Virus record (IMG/VR): IMGVR_UViG_3300023293_000016
Coordinates: 1 to 51,861 of that record
Length of the DNA: 51,861 bases
Source of the DNA: a virus
Taxonomy: Duplodnaviria > Caudoviricetes
Direction: 5' to 3' (one strand)
Below, in pieces: positions 1 through 7,955 of this stretch. Numbering within the stretch: the stretch's first letter is position 1; each line of letters begins with the position of its first letter. The position numbers and the translations under genes were made by a program. Under the pieces are notes generated by a model. That model did not search any database and was not told the DNA's origin. It was given only the letters and a program-made list of their open reading frames with translations.

Positions 1-1
1 T

Positions 2-26
2 AAAAAACCCGGCGTCAACCGGGTTT
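2..26 (-). terminator. Rho-independent terminator
   Basis: AAACCCGG-cgtcaa-CCGGGTTT hairpin followed by a T-run on the minus strand, just after the ORF at 34-153. Confidence 0.7.
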
Positions 27-33
27 AATTTTA

Positions 34-153
34 TTATTTTTTACGTCGTTTGGGCTTTTGTTTTATCGGCCGCCGCCGCGCCTTTTCACGATCCTGCTTT
101 TCCCACGCCTCTTTACCGTATAATAATTTGCCAAGCCAATTAAATAAAAACAT
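34..153 (-). CDS. Small basic hypothetical protein (39 aa, MFLFNWLGKLLYGKEAWEK...)
   Basis: Read by hand, below the ORF track cutoff; its ATG directly follows the stop of 154-366. Confidence 0.6.
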   Translation of the reverse strand: MFLFNWLGKLLYGKEAWEKQDREKARRRPIKQKPKRRKK

Positions 154-366
154 TTAACCCCAATCCTTTTGGCCGCCGTCGGCTTCCCCATCAGAATAAC
201 CCGCATGATAAGCCTTTAATTCAGACGGTTTTAAATCTGTCACGCAGGTCGCGCAGTCTTTACGGCTCGTGCCACCCGTAAAGTAATGAGGGTCAACCGG
301 TCGGTTATACCAATAGTCCGCCCGTCCGCGATCATATGGACCGCCGTGTCTTTCATCATGTTTCAT
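154..366 (-). CDS. Hypothetical phage protein (RHGGPYDRGRADY motif)
   Basis: ORF track; GGAG Shine-Dalgarno and a promoter upstream. Confidence 0.75.
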   Translation of the reverse strand: MKHDERHGGPYDRGRADYWYNRPVDPHYFTGGTSRKDCATCVTDLKPSELKAYHAGYSDGEADGGQKDWG

Positions 367-391
367 AATAATCTCCGTAGTTAGGTCTAAG

Positions 392-420
392 ATATTATGC
401 GATTATATGGGAGATATCAA
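392..420 (-). promoter_or_regulatory. sigma70-like promoter with operator-like boxes
   Basis: TTGATA-N17-TAATAT on the minus strand, overlapped by TATGCGAT (396-403) and TATGGGAG (406-413). Confidence 0.55.
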
Positions 421-864
421 GCTCATTATCTTAACCCAGTCAAAATCTTCATCAGAAAAGTAAACCGGCGCAACTTTCAGGCCTTCCAGTTTTAAATCCA
501 TCGCGTCTTTACCGTGGTACAAATAGATCATTTGCGGCTTAGTTTTAGTTTGCAGTTTGCGGACTAAAACCCAAACGCTGGCATGACTGTGATTAGTCAG
601 CCACGCAACTTGGTGGGGTCGTAGGTCCACTGCGTTCCCAGATGTTGCCTTTAATTCTACAAAATGAAACTTACCGTTTTCATCGCAGCATAAAACATCC
701 GGGATACCCGGCATGGCCCACGTTTCAATTCGGGTACTTTTCCATGTTCTCGGGCTCTTCTGCATCCCAGTCTTCATCAACCTCCAAAAGTCGGCCTCGC
801 GCTTTGTCGCGGTTCTGGGGATTGCTCTCTCCTTCGGGAGTAACGTCGATAGTGATCGGGGCAT
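403..864 (-). CDS. VRR-NUC / Holliday junction resolvase-like PD-(D/E)xK nuclease (start uncertain)
   Basis: RIET...PGIPDV...FVELK...LRPHQVAW motifs. Confidence 0.8.
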   Translation of the reverse strand: MPRSLSTLLPKERAIPRTATKREADFWRLMKTGMQKSPRTWKSTRIETWAMPGIPDVLCCDENGKFHFVELKATSGNAVDLRPHQVAWLTNHSHASVWVLVRKLQTKTKPQMIYLYHGKDAMDLKLEGLKVAPVYFSDEDFDWVKIMSLISPI

Positions 865-1354
865 AACTTTGTTTAATCTCCTTTAGAGCATTCAGCACTT
901 CGTCTTTGCTCATCGAATCGATGCTGCCATGACGTATTTCTGATCTGCTCACATAAATATCACCTTGCGCTTGCCCTCGCCGGTATTCAGCCTGTACGGC
1001 TGCCGAATAGGCTCCGTTGGTTAATGCGGCATCGCGGATGGTTTGAAGGTCGCGCAAATGCCTTTGGTAGTTCACACCAAACTTTTCATCCAGTTCGGCA
1101 CGATATGATTGGATAGCTGCCACAACATGGGGGCAGATGTTTGGGTTGGTCATTTCGTAAGCACGAGTGTGTGCTGATCCAACGGGGTATCCAGCATTAA
1201 CGGCAGCTTCCCGCATAGTGATCTGGCCGTCTTTTGAGACAAGCTCTTTTACAAAAAGCTCTTGCCGCCTAGTAAGGACCGCTGATTTCGTTGATTTAGG
1301 TCGCCCGCGGCTTTTGATCTTAGCAGGGGGGCTTGATTTAGCTTTCGAGGCCAT
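725..1354 (-). CDS. terS: Terminase small subunit
   Basis: LTRRQELFVKEL...AAVNAGY HTH N-terminus, then AAVQAEYRRGQ and a helical C-terminus typical of TerS. Confidence 0.7.
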   Translation of the reverse strand: MASKAKSSPPAKIKSRGRPKSTKSAVLTRRQELFVKELVSKDGQITMREAAVNAGYPVGSAHTRAYEMTNPNICPHVVAAIQSYRAELDEKFGVNYQRHLRDLQTIRDAALTNGAYSAAVQAEYRRGQAQGDIYVSRSEIRHGSIDSMSKDEVLNALKEIKQSYAPITIDVTPEGESNPQNRDKARGRLLEVDEDWDAEEPENMEKYPN

Positions 1355-1399
1355 ATGAGTATCCTAGTTATTTGCAGATACTTTACTACTAAAAACGCT

Positions 1400-1660
1400 C
1401 TCTTGTATATATAGCTACAGAAATAAAAAAAATAAAAAAAAACTTTCAGACCCCCTTAACGCACTTTGGGCCTTTAAGGTTACACAAACTCTGGTTACGT
1501 TACATTTTTAAAAACTACTTTGTGTTACTTCTAACTCCTTATATACACAGGAGAAAACACCCAAAGTTACACGGTTACACCGGTTACGCCTATATTTACT
1601 AAAAACTTTTATTTTTTTTTTCAGATCCTATATACATATAACGCGTTTATTTGTAACCGC
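1400..1660. repeat. AT-rich non-coding region with GTTAC repeats and imperfect inverted A/T tracts (candidate origin or packaging site)
   Basis: GTTAC at 1479, 1494, 1499, 1524, 1566, 1574, 1583 and inverted at 1653; A-tract near 1420-1442 mirrored by T-tract near 1607-1621. Confidence 0.55.
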
Positions 1661-1690
1661 CCCGTGGTCCGCGGTTTAAGCAGCGCACAG

Positions 1691-1721
1691 AAAAGCCCGC
1701 GAGCCGTGGTCCGCGGGCTTT
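1691..1721 (-). terminator. Rho-independent terminator
   Basis: AAAAGCCCGCG...CGCGGGCTTT hairpin downstream of 1744-2265. Confidence 0.7.
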
Positions 1722-1743
1722 AAATTACGTTAAGCGCCTTATT

Positions 1744-2265
1744 TTATTGGGCTTCGTATTCGACATCGAAGATGAACGCTTCGATATTTTTGGAGTAGAG
1801 GTTGAAGGTAGTTTGTTTTTTATAGTTTGGTCCGCATACTTTAGCGCGACATATTTCGTTTGCGTTGTGCAACTTTTCTGCTTCTCTTCGAACGTCTTCT
1901 TGTCCGATGCTTAGACCGAGGCCTTCTTTTATTTGTTTTGTTGAGAAGCACATGTCTGGTTCTTCTGTTAGGAACAGCATGATTTCTTGTTGCAGTGTCA
2001 GCACGGGTTTTGTTTCGGGTTGTGTTGTTGTTTCCCCGTGTTGGTTTATTAGTTCTACTTTTATTGCTTTCCACTGTGTTGTGAATCGCGTGTTAGAAAT
2101 TACCACCATTTCCACTTGGTCTGCGACTTGCAGGTTTAGTCCTGTGGTAAATTTTGGTTCGATGAAGACTTGTTCATCGTTTTCGGTTTGAGCGAAGGCG
2201 CAATGTTTGTCTTCCAGTACGTTTATGATGACGCCTTGTTTTTTTTGTAGCAGTCCATTTAGCAT
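1744..2265 (-). CDS. Hypothetical protein: cold-shock/OB-fold-like N-terminus, possible winged-helix C-terminus
   Basis: GVIINV...AFAQTENDEQVFI resembles RNP1/RNP2 strands of cold-shock domains; AAGGA Shine-Dalgarno. Confidence 0.6.
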   Translation of the reverse strand: MLNGLLQKKQGVIINVLEDKHCAFAQTENDEQVFIEPKFTTGLNLQVADQVEMVVISNTRFTTQWKAIKVELINQHGETTTQPETKPVLTLQQEIMLFLTEEPDMCFSTKQIKEGLGLSIGQEDVRREAEKLHNANEICRAKVCGPNYKKQTTFNLYSKNIEAFIFDVEYEAQ

Positions 2266-2282
2266 GATTTATCCTTAATGCT

Positions 2283-2363
2283 TTAGGCTCCCCATTTTGT
2301 TCCGAATACTTTTTGGAACACTTGGTTGAGCATTTTTTCCATTTCCAGTTTTTCTTTTGTCAT
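2283..2363 (-). CDS. Very small hypothetical protein (26 aa, MTKEKLEMEKMLNQVFQKVFGTKWGA)
   Basis: Read by hand; GAGGAG Shine-Dalgarno; fills the gap between neighbours. Confidence 0.45.
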   Translation of the reverse strand: MTKEKLEMEKMLNQVFQKVFGTKWGA

Positions 2364-2365
2364 TT

Positions 2366-2524
2366 TCACTCCTCTTCTGTTTCTATTTCGCCTGAACCAT
2401 CGCATGTCTGGCAATGTTCGGCTATTTCGCATGGCTCGCCGATATCTCGGTCGAAGCTTTGTGGTTTATAGATTGTGACGATGGCGATACCGTCGTCACA
2501 ATCGGGGCACGGTTGTTTATTCAT
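2366..2524 (-). CDS. Small DnaJ-type zinc-finger protein (52 aa)
   Basis: Read by hand: CPDCDDG...CQTCDGSG; ATGA overlap with the upstream gene. Confidence 0.7.
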   Translation of the reverse strand: MNKQPCPDCDDGIAIVTIYKPQSFDRDIGEPCEIAEHCQTCDGSGEIETEEE

Positions 2525-2943
2525 CCCCAAACGATACCGACTATTCCGGCTAGGACGCCTGAGACGGCGGCCAAGATTACAAACTTATGTTTGACGTACC
2601 ATTTTGGGGTGTCGTTTAGTTTTGCCCAAGGGCTGTTTGAGAAGGGGTTAACCAAGTTTTTCAGGATTTCTTCGTGGTTTTGTTCTTGTCTTCCGATGTT
2701 TTCACCGTTGTCGAGGCCGATATTTTCTTTTTGCGGCACGAACTTCATTTCTCCTTTCCACGCCATTATGTCTTGTTCGTCCCACATTTTTTTGGTTTTT
2801 GGCCCGCGGAGCGCGGTTGACGGCACTTCGACGGGTTGGGGGAACGTACCTTCTGCTGTTCGGCGGTATATTGTGGGTTTAGCTTTACCTGTGATTTTCA
2901 TCACTTCTTCGATAGATAGTAACTTTGGCATTTTCATCTCCAT
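2521..2943 (-). CDS. alpA: AlpA-family DNA-binding protein with C-terminal transmembrane segment
   Basis: LLSIEEVMKITGKAKPTIYRR..EGTFPQPV is the AlpA/Xis-like signature; hydrophobic FVILAAVSGVLAGIVGIVWG tail. Confidence 0.8.
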   Translation of the reverse strand: MEMKMPKLLSIEEVMKITGKAKPTIYRRTAEGTFPQPVEVPSTALRGPKTKKMWDEQDIMAWKGEMKFVPQKENIGLDNGENIGRQEQNHEEILKNLVNPFSNSPWAKLNDTPKWYVKHKFVILAAVSGVLAGIVGIVWG

Positions 2944-2958
2944 AGGTTATGCTCGCTA

Positions 2959-2988
2959 ACTATATGGGATGGTATGCGATACTGTCAA
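2959..2988 (-). promoter_or_regulatory. sigma70-like promoter for the alpA operon
   Basis: TTGACA-N18-TATAGT on the minus strand, overlapped by boxes TATGGGAT (2963-2970) and TATGCGAT (2973-2980). Confidence 0.65.
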
Positions 2989-2991
2989 GTG

Positions 2992-3279
2992 TCAGTGTAT
3001 TTCGTCCGAGCTTTGGTGCGTTTGTTCGTGGTCCGTTGTTTCGTGGATTGAGACTGACGCATTATGTATGCAGGACGACAGGACTTTCATTGCGGTTTCG
3101 TTATTTGGTGCGACGGACATGAGCGCGGTTAGCGTTTGCGTTAGTATTCCGCCGAGTGCTGCGCCCATATTTACATCGTTTTCTGCCAGTTCTTGGATCA
3201 GGTCTTGTGCGCAATCCATTGCGATCAGGAAGTCGTTTTTGGCTTCTTCTTCGGCTTCTCTGAGTCGCATTGATTTCAC
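2992..3279 (-). CDS. Hypothetical protein
   Basis: ORF track; tiles with neighbours; AAGG Shine-Dalgarno. Confidence 0.65.
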   Translation of the reverse strand: MKSMRLREAEEEAKNDFLIAMDCAQDLIQELAENDVNMGAALGGILTQTLTALMSVAPNNETAMKVLSSCIHNASVSIHETTDHEQTHQSSDEIH

Positions 3280-3280
3280 G

Positions 3281-3592
3281 TTAGACTTTCCTTGGCAGGT
3301 CGTATCTCTTAACGAAATCCTTTACTGAGGACAGGTTTATGCCTGTAAGTTCCGTTATTTTATTATTTGACATGTCTTTAAGTTTCATATTGTTTATGAT
3401 TTTAGCTTTTTCGGGCCATTTATCAAAGGTAATTTTGGTCCTACCGCCTAACGAACCGCTTGCTTTGCCGTTGTCCCATGCTTTTTTCATGTCTTTTTTA
3501 AGCATGTACGGGTTTTTTTTGCCGTCAATTTTATTTTGTTTTATCCAAGCATCCAAATAGAGGGCTTGGTATTTTTCGGAATCCACCTTCAT
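3281..3592 (-). CDS. Hypothetical protein with C-terminal HTH
   Basis: MSNNKITELTGINLSSVKDFVKRY is HTH-like; start moved to 3592 (ATGA overlap). Confidence 0.65.
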   Translation of the reverse strand: MKVDSEKYQALYLDAWIKQNKIDGKKNPYMLKKDMKKAWDNGKASGSLGGRTKITFDKWPEKAKIINNMKLKDMSNNKITELTGINLSSVKDFVKRYDLPRKV

Positions 3593-3795
3593 TTGCGCGG
3601 CTCCCACGTATCCACTTCGGCGTACCATGTGCCGGTTTTACCGCTTTCTTTGACTTGGACATTGATCCATTCGTCATTTCTTGATGACAGCCACGCCAAC
3701 AGGTCTTCGCGTTTTATGCTAAGATTGCACTTAACGAAGTCGGGGGCTTTATCATTTGGTTTTTTGGCGCGTAGGCCATCAACGAAATCTGGCAT
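3589..3795 (-). CDS. Small phage protein (KAPDFVK...WYAEVDTWEP), possibly nucleic-acid binding
   Basis: ORF track; strong AAGGGAG Shine-Dalgarno. Confidence 0.75.
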   Translation of the reverse strand: MPDFVDGLRAKKPNDKAPDFVKCNLSIKREDLLAWLSSRNDEWINVQVKESGKTGTWYAEVDTWEPRK

Positions 3796-3812
3796 TCGTT
3801 TCTCCCTTTTTT

Positions 3813-3859
3813 AAAAAAAATTGCCCCCAGCCGCGGGCAAGCAGTCTGGGGGCGTTTTT
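3813..3859. terminator. Terminator-like hairpin, possibly bidirectional
   Basis: GCCCCCAG...CTGGGGGC stem with A-run on the left and T-run on the right. Confidence 0.5.
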
Positions 3860-3922
3860 ACTACGGAGTGCAACATGCCGTTGCAGTACCTACATTACAT
3901 AGGCGTATGGGATAAGCAACAC

Positions 3923-4108
3923 TTAATCGCATACATCTTCTTTATTTTCTTCAATTGGTACGTGGCCCGCGGTCCGCGCTTCTTTATACCAGTCGAAGAC
4001 CAGTCGGAGTTGTCCGCCGATGGTTCTGCCCTCTGCTTTAGACAGGTATTTAATTTCTTCGTACACTTCCCGCGGTACAAGTACGCTTTTCCAACGTGTG
4101 GTATCCAT
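3923..4108 (-). CDS. Ribbon-helix-helix-like DNA-binding protein (61 aa)
   Basis: WKSVLVPREVYEEIKYLSKAEGRTIGGQLR fits a beta-alpha-alpha RHH pattern; GGAG Shine-Dalgarno before ATG at 4108. Confidence 0.7.
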   Translation of the reverse strand: MDTTRWKSVLVPREVYEEIKYLSKAEGRTIGGQLRLVFDWYKEARTAGHVPIEENKEDVCD

Positions 4109-4113
4109 TTTTT

Positions 4114-4170
4114 TTGCTCCAAGTCCCGCTTCATCTAGGATATTATAGGAGTATATGCAAGAATGCAAGA
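4114..4170. promoter_or_regulatory. Overlapping divergent promoters for the RHH gene and the ATP-grasp gene
   Basis: Minus strand TATAAT at 4142-4147; plus strand TTGCTC-N16-TAGGAT (4114-4141). Confidence 0.45.
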
Positions 4171-4185
4171 AAAAGAGGGTTTACT

Positions 4186-4935
4186 ATGGATTATGTGTTG
4201 TTTGGACAGATGGACGATCCTAACATTGCGGCGCTGCGCCCGCATTTTGATTTATTTCTGGATCAGGCGAGTGATTATACGTGGGACATAAATACAAACA
4301 CCCTTGTTTGTAACGATGAGCGCGTTAAGATGCGCGGTTTTTTTGGCAGGGCCAATGTGTTTACAAAGAACACGCATCAACGTTTCAACAATTGGCATCT
4401 TATGGCGAATTACTTGGACGCTAACTCGCATGTGTCTCGTTATAACAGGCGTTATAACCATGGCACACCTATCAAAGCTTCTAACTTGCGTCGGGCCGTG
4501 GCCGCGGGCCTTGAGATACCGCGCACGATTATTGGCAAGGGGCCTTTGGAGGGCGATTGCATATTTAAGCCGTTGACGGGCGGGGCGCATTGCATGTCCG
4601 GCAATCAAACGAGTTGGACGGGTATTATTCAAAACCGTATGCCGGGGGTTAATCGTCGGTTATTTTTGGTCGGGGATCAGCACTTTGGCTTTAAGTTAGA
4701 GACGACGGCTTTGGATTACCGTGACGATCCGCACGTTGTTGTGACCAAAGAGGTGTTTGCGCAAGATATTGCGCACAAAGTACGGTCCGTGGCCCACGGT
4801 CTAGGTTTAACCTTTTGTGCAGCCGATTTTATGGACGACGTGTTTCTGGAAATAAACAGCGGACCGATGTTTGCGGCGTTTGATCGTGTTGTTGATGGTG
4901 CGCTTGCGAGTGCTATTCGCTCGGAGTTGGCATAA
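4186..4935 (+). CDS. ATP-grasp ligase (RimK / graspetide synthetase-like), 249 aa
   Basis: K..NL..A...GLEIPRT, IFKPLTGG, IIQ..MPG...RLFLVG, LDYR, GLTFCAADF and FLEINSGP motifs; GAGGG Shine-Dalgarno before ATG at 4186. Confidence 0.85.
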   Translation: MDYVLFGQMDDPNIAALRPHFDLFLDQASDYTWDINTNTLVCNDERVKMRGFFGRANVFTKNTHQRFNNWHLMANYLDANSHVSRYNRRYNHGTPIKASNLRRAVAAGLEIPRTIIGKGPLEGDCIFKPLTGGAHCMSGNQTSWTGIIQNRMPGVNRRLFLVGDQHFGFKLETTALDYRDDPHVVVTKEVFAQDIAHKVRSVAHGLGLTFCAADFMDDVFLEINSGPMFAAFDRVVDGALASAIRSELA

Positions 4936-4966
4936 AAAAACCCCCAACCTTTGCGGGCTGGGGGGA
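4934..4966. terminator. Terminator between the convergent ATP-grasp and polA genes
   Basis: A-run then CCCCCA...TGGGGG stem. Confidence 0.55.
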
Positions 4967-5005
4967 AGTTGACAAGTGAGAGGTATGTCGAGCAGTAAAG
5001 GTAGT

Positions 5006-6901
5006 TCACATGGACTCGCCCCATGATGGTCCCATTTCAATGTCACATTTACTCGGGACTTCAAGTGGTAGTACATTCTCCATTATTCTAGCAATTTCTT
5101 GGGCCTCGTCAACATCTTTAACGGACATTGCTATTTCATCGTGGATTTGGATGAGCGGCAGCTTGCCTATCTTGTAGAGAGCCACCATTGCCTTCTTTGT
5201 CATGTCGGCAGCCGACGCTTGGATCAATCTGTTCAGGGCTTTGTACGTGTAAGCCCTCTTCAGGCGTGTGGTAGGCCCGTAGGCGTCCACAGCGTCCTTG
5301 TAAGACATGGCTTTGTTCATTGCGAACGTATCCGGCTCCCACATTTCAAAGCGGCACTTACGGCCTCCCAGTGAGCGTATAGCGCCCGCCGAAGATTTCT
5401 CGTTCAGCCGGTTCATGACGCCGGTCATCAGTCCTTTAACGAACGGGACGCGCTCGTGGTATTGTTTGACCAGTTTTTTGGCCTCTTCAACAGAGATGTC
5501 CAAGCTTTCGGCCATCTTATTCACGCCCATGCCATACATCAGACCAAGGTTGATGGTCTTTGCTTGCTTACGCGGGATGTTTGTCATCTCGGCAACCATG
5601 GTGTGGAAGTCAGTTGAGGGGTCGGTGTTGTACGCTTCGACAAAATCGGCCGCCCCTTCCAGCGGAATGCCGCGTGTTTTGCCATATACATGAGCGTAAT
5701 GGACCAAGATGCGCGGTTCTTGTTGCGAGTAGTCGATAGCCGCCCACTGGTCGCCTTCTTCTGGCAGGAACAAACTACGGATCATGGGACCAAGCTCTGG
5801 GTCGCGGGCCGGGATTTGTTGTAAATTAGGGTTGGACATTGATATGCGTCCCGAAACCGTTCCGCCATCATCTGACCGGATTTGGTTAATGTGCGAATGT
5901 ATGCGCCCATCGGATCGGCAGTGTTTTATTATTGTGTTGATGAACGTGCCCGACGTTTTGTTTAGGTTACGGGCTTCAACAACCAGCTTTGCCACGGGGT
6001 GCGGGTTTTCGTTCAGGAACTGTTTAGTAAACGACGGAGCGCCTTTTTCTGTTTTGGGGTATGATATGTCCAGCTTATCGAACGCTTTTGACAGCGATTG
6101 TGCGGCCCATATCTCCACATCCGTCCCCGTGATGCGTTTAACTTCCTTCATAACTTCTTTTTCGCGCTTCAGAAGCATGTCTCTGGTCCGTTCGACGCGG
6201 TTCACGTCTATTCGAACGCCGCGCATTGTCATATCGACAAGGCAGGGCAGGAGGTCGAGTTCTATGTTAGCAATGCTCCACAGGTCTTCTTTACCTAACA
6301 TTGTGGAAAAGTAATTCCAAAGCTCCAGTGTTAAGACGGCATCGACTTCGGCGTATGGCCCGACATACATTGCAGGCATCTTCCACATCTCGGCTTTTGG
6401 ATCGACGCCAAACTCCCGCGCTGCTTGCACGAGTGCTTTCTCGGACTTAGTTTTTCCAAGGTGTTCGTATGCCAGCGCGTTTAGGCTGTAGCTGAAACGG
6501 TTTTCGTCAAGCAGGGAGGCTACCAACATGGTATCGATGATGCGTCCGTTGACCGTGAAACCCATGCGTTTGATCCAGCCCAGATCGTATTGGGCGTTGT
6601 GCATGATTTTATCGGCAGGGCATTCGAATACTTTGCGCAGCCATTTGTTGACCTGTTTTTCGTCAAGATTACCGCCGCCAAGGTGTCGGATCGGAATGTA
6701 CCCTGACCAACCGTCTACGGCTACGGCATAACCCACGACTTCCCCGTCGCCTGTTGCCCAACCCGGACCATTCTTTTTCAGGTTCGGGTCGCGTGTTTCA
6801 ACGTCGATTGCAATTTTACCTGCGCCCGTAAGGTCTGGTAGTTCGATGGGCGGAACCCATTCACTTTTGGGGGCGAACATAGCCATTTGCAAATTTGCCA
6901 T
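5006..6901 (-). CDS. polA: Family A DNA polymerase with 3'-5' exonuclease
   Basis: ExoI DVET, HNAQYD, GRISMSNPNLQQIP, motif A DYSQQEPR, motif B RKQAKTINLGLMYG, motif C IHDE. Confidence 0.97.
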   Translation of the reverse strand: MANLQMAMFAPKSEWVPPIELPDLTGAGKIAIDVETRDPNLKKNGPGWATGDGEVVGYAVAVDGWSGYIPIRHLGGGNLDEKQVNKWLRKVFECPADKIMHNAQYDLGWIKRMGFTVNGRIIDTMLVASLLDENRFSYSLNALAYEHLGKTKSEKALVQAAREFGVDPKAEMWKMPAMYVGPYAEVDAVLTLELWNYFSTMLGKEDLWSIANIELDLLPCLVDMTMRGVRIDVNRVERTRDMLLKREKEVMKEVKRITGTDVEIWAAQSLSKAFDKLDISYPKTEKGAPSFTKQFLNENPHPVAKLVVEARNLNKTSGTFINTIIKHCRSDGRIHSHINQIRSDDGGTVSGRISMSNPNLQQIPARDPELGPMIRSLFLPEEGDQWAAIDYSQQEPRILVHYAHVYGKTRGIPLEGAADFVEAYNTDPSTDFHTMVAEMTNIPRKQAKTINLGLMYGMGVNKMAESLDISVEEAKKLVKQYHERVPFVKGLMTGVMNRLNEKSSAGAIRSLGGRKCRFEMWEPDTFAMNKAMSYKDAVDAYGPTTRLKRAYTYKALNRLIQASAADMTKKAMVALYKIGKLPLIQIHDEIAMSVKDVDEAQEIARIMENVLPLEVPSKCDIEMGPSWGESM

Positions 6902-7223
6902 TATCTTTTATTTCCTCAATAATTTCATCTACAGGGCGTTTGTCTCTTTCGACAAACTCTGACCCGAGGGCCGTGTACCCTGCTTTATCGATCCACGAAT
7001 CCTGATGGTCGATTGTTTCGATTAACCGGCTGGTTTTTACCCAGTCCATCATCAGGGCAATGTGAGCCGGGGTTAAGTACCCGTGGCTGTTGATTGCCCC
7101 CCGCATGATGACGTTCCATCCTTCCGCGATACGAGCATGATTATCGTAAGCATCACCATAATCTTTTGCCCGGTCCCCGTTAATCAGGGATTTTGCTGCA
7201 TCCAGCACTTCGTCTCGTTTCAT
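6861..7223 (-). CDS. DUF6378-like phage protein
   Basis: INGDRAKDYGD...NHARIA...W...K.SR...DSWIDKAGY pattern. Confidence 0.75.
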   Translation of the reverse strand: MKRDEVLDAAKSLINGDRAKDYGDAYDNHARIAEGWNVIMRGAINSHGYLTPAHIALMMDWVKTSRLIETIDHQDSWIDKAGYTALGSEFVERDKRPVDEIIEEIKDNGKFANGYVRPQK

Positions 7224-7396
7224 TTATCGCCCCTCATCCATTTAATGTCTGCCAGCAACGCCGATTTTTCTTTTGTTGCGGCCTCTAATGCTTGTGTGAT
7301 CCGCGCTATTTCACTGCGCTGCACGGCAATTTTAGATTGCAGGTTACTAATAGCTTTTTCCTGCGAGTTTTTCCCATCGATCACCCATTTAGCCAT
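7220..7396 (-). CDS. Small coiled-coil hypothetical protein (58 aa)
   Basis: Read by hand (MAKWVIDGKNSQEK...); TAATG and ATGA overlaps with both neighbours. Confidence 0.65.
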   Translation of the reverse strand: MAKWVIDGKNSQEKAISNLQSKIAVQRSEIARITQALEAATKEKSALLADIKWMRGDK

Positions 7397-7614
7397 TAGT
7401 GTTCCACCTGATTAACGTAGCCGCAGAACACCAGTTCTTTAAGTTCTTCATCAAACTCGAACTTTGCGGCGGGTTGCGCCAGATCAGATTTGTTTGGGTC
7501 GTTCCACATTTTTTTAGCGCGAGCTTCACTAAAGTCTACTACGCCCATTTTTTTATATTCAGCGCGTTTTGCTATTTCTTGCGCCTTCCAGTCGTCCCAT
7601 GTCATTTTCTTCAT
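7396..7614 (-). CDS. Hypothetical protein
   Basis: ORF track; translational coupling with neighbours. Confidence 0.65.
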   Translation of the reverse strand: MKKMTWDDWKAQEIAKRAEYKKMGVVDFSEARAKKMWNDPNKSDLAQPAAKFEFDEELKELVFCGYVNQVEH

Positions 7615-7955
7615 GTCTTCTCTCCCTTAAACAATTTACTTTCCCACTGGCACACTTCGTTAATGTGCGTGTGCCGTGTGGTAGGACGCACCATCCCAAC
7701 CTTTTCAACCCATCCCAACTTTCGCAGGGATGTCATCATCGCGCCCCAAACGTTGTGGTGATGTGGGTCAGACATACCCTGCGCTCTGCAAAAGGCACAA
7801 ATCTTACCACCTTCTACGAAATTGTGTTCCGACAGGTATTTTGCCGCATTTTGGTAATAGGCTTGTTTCCACTCGTCGTCTGCGTGGACATAAGCGCGGT
7901 CTATTTCAGCCTCAATAAATTCAAACCGCTGTTGTTCAGAGAGGGCTTCGGTCAT
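7611..7955 (-). CDS. Hypothetical phage protein (PHHHNVWGA motif)
   Basis: ORF track; ATGA overlaps; AGGAG Shine-Dalgarno. Confidence 0.7.
   Translation of the reverse strand: MTEALSEQQRFEFIEAEIDRAYVHADDEWKQAYYQNAAKYLSEHNFVEGGKICAFCRAQGMSDPHHHNVWGAMMTSLRKLGWVEKVGMVRPTTRHTHINEVCQWESKLFKGEKT

Noticed and set aside
2521-2943. Prophage integration module implied by the AlpA/Xis-like gene
   Set aside because: No tyrosine or serine recombinase, att-like repeat or flanking host gene was seen.
2414-3328. Plus-strand ORFs of 181 and 119 aa
   Set aside because: Antisense to well-supported, tightly packed minus-strand genes.
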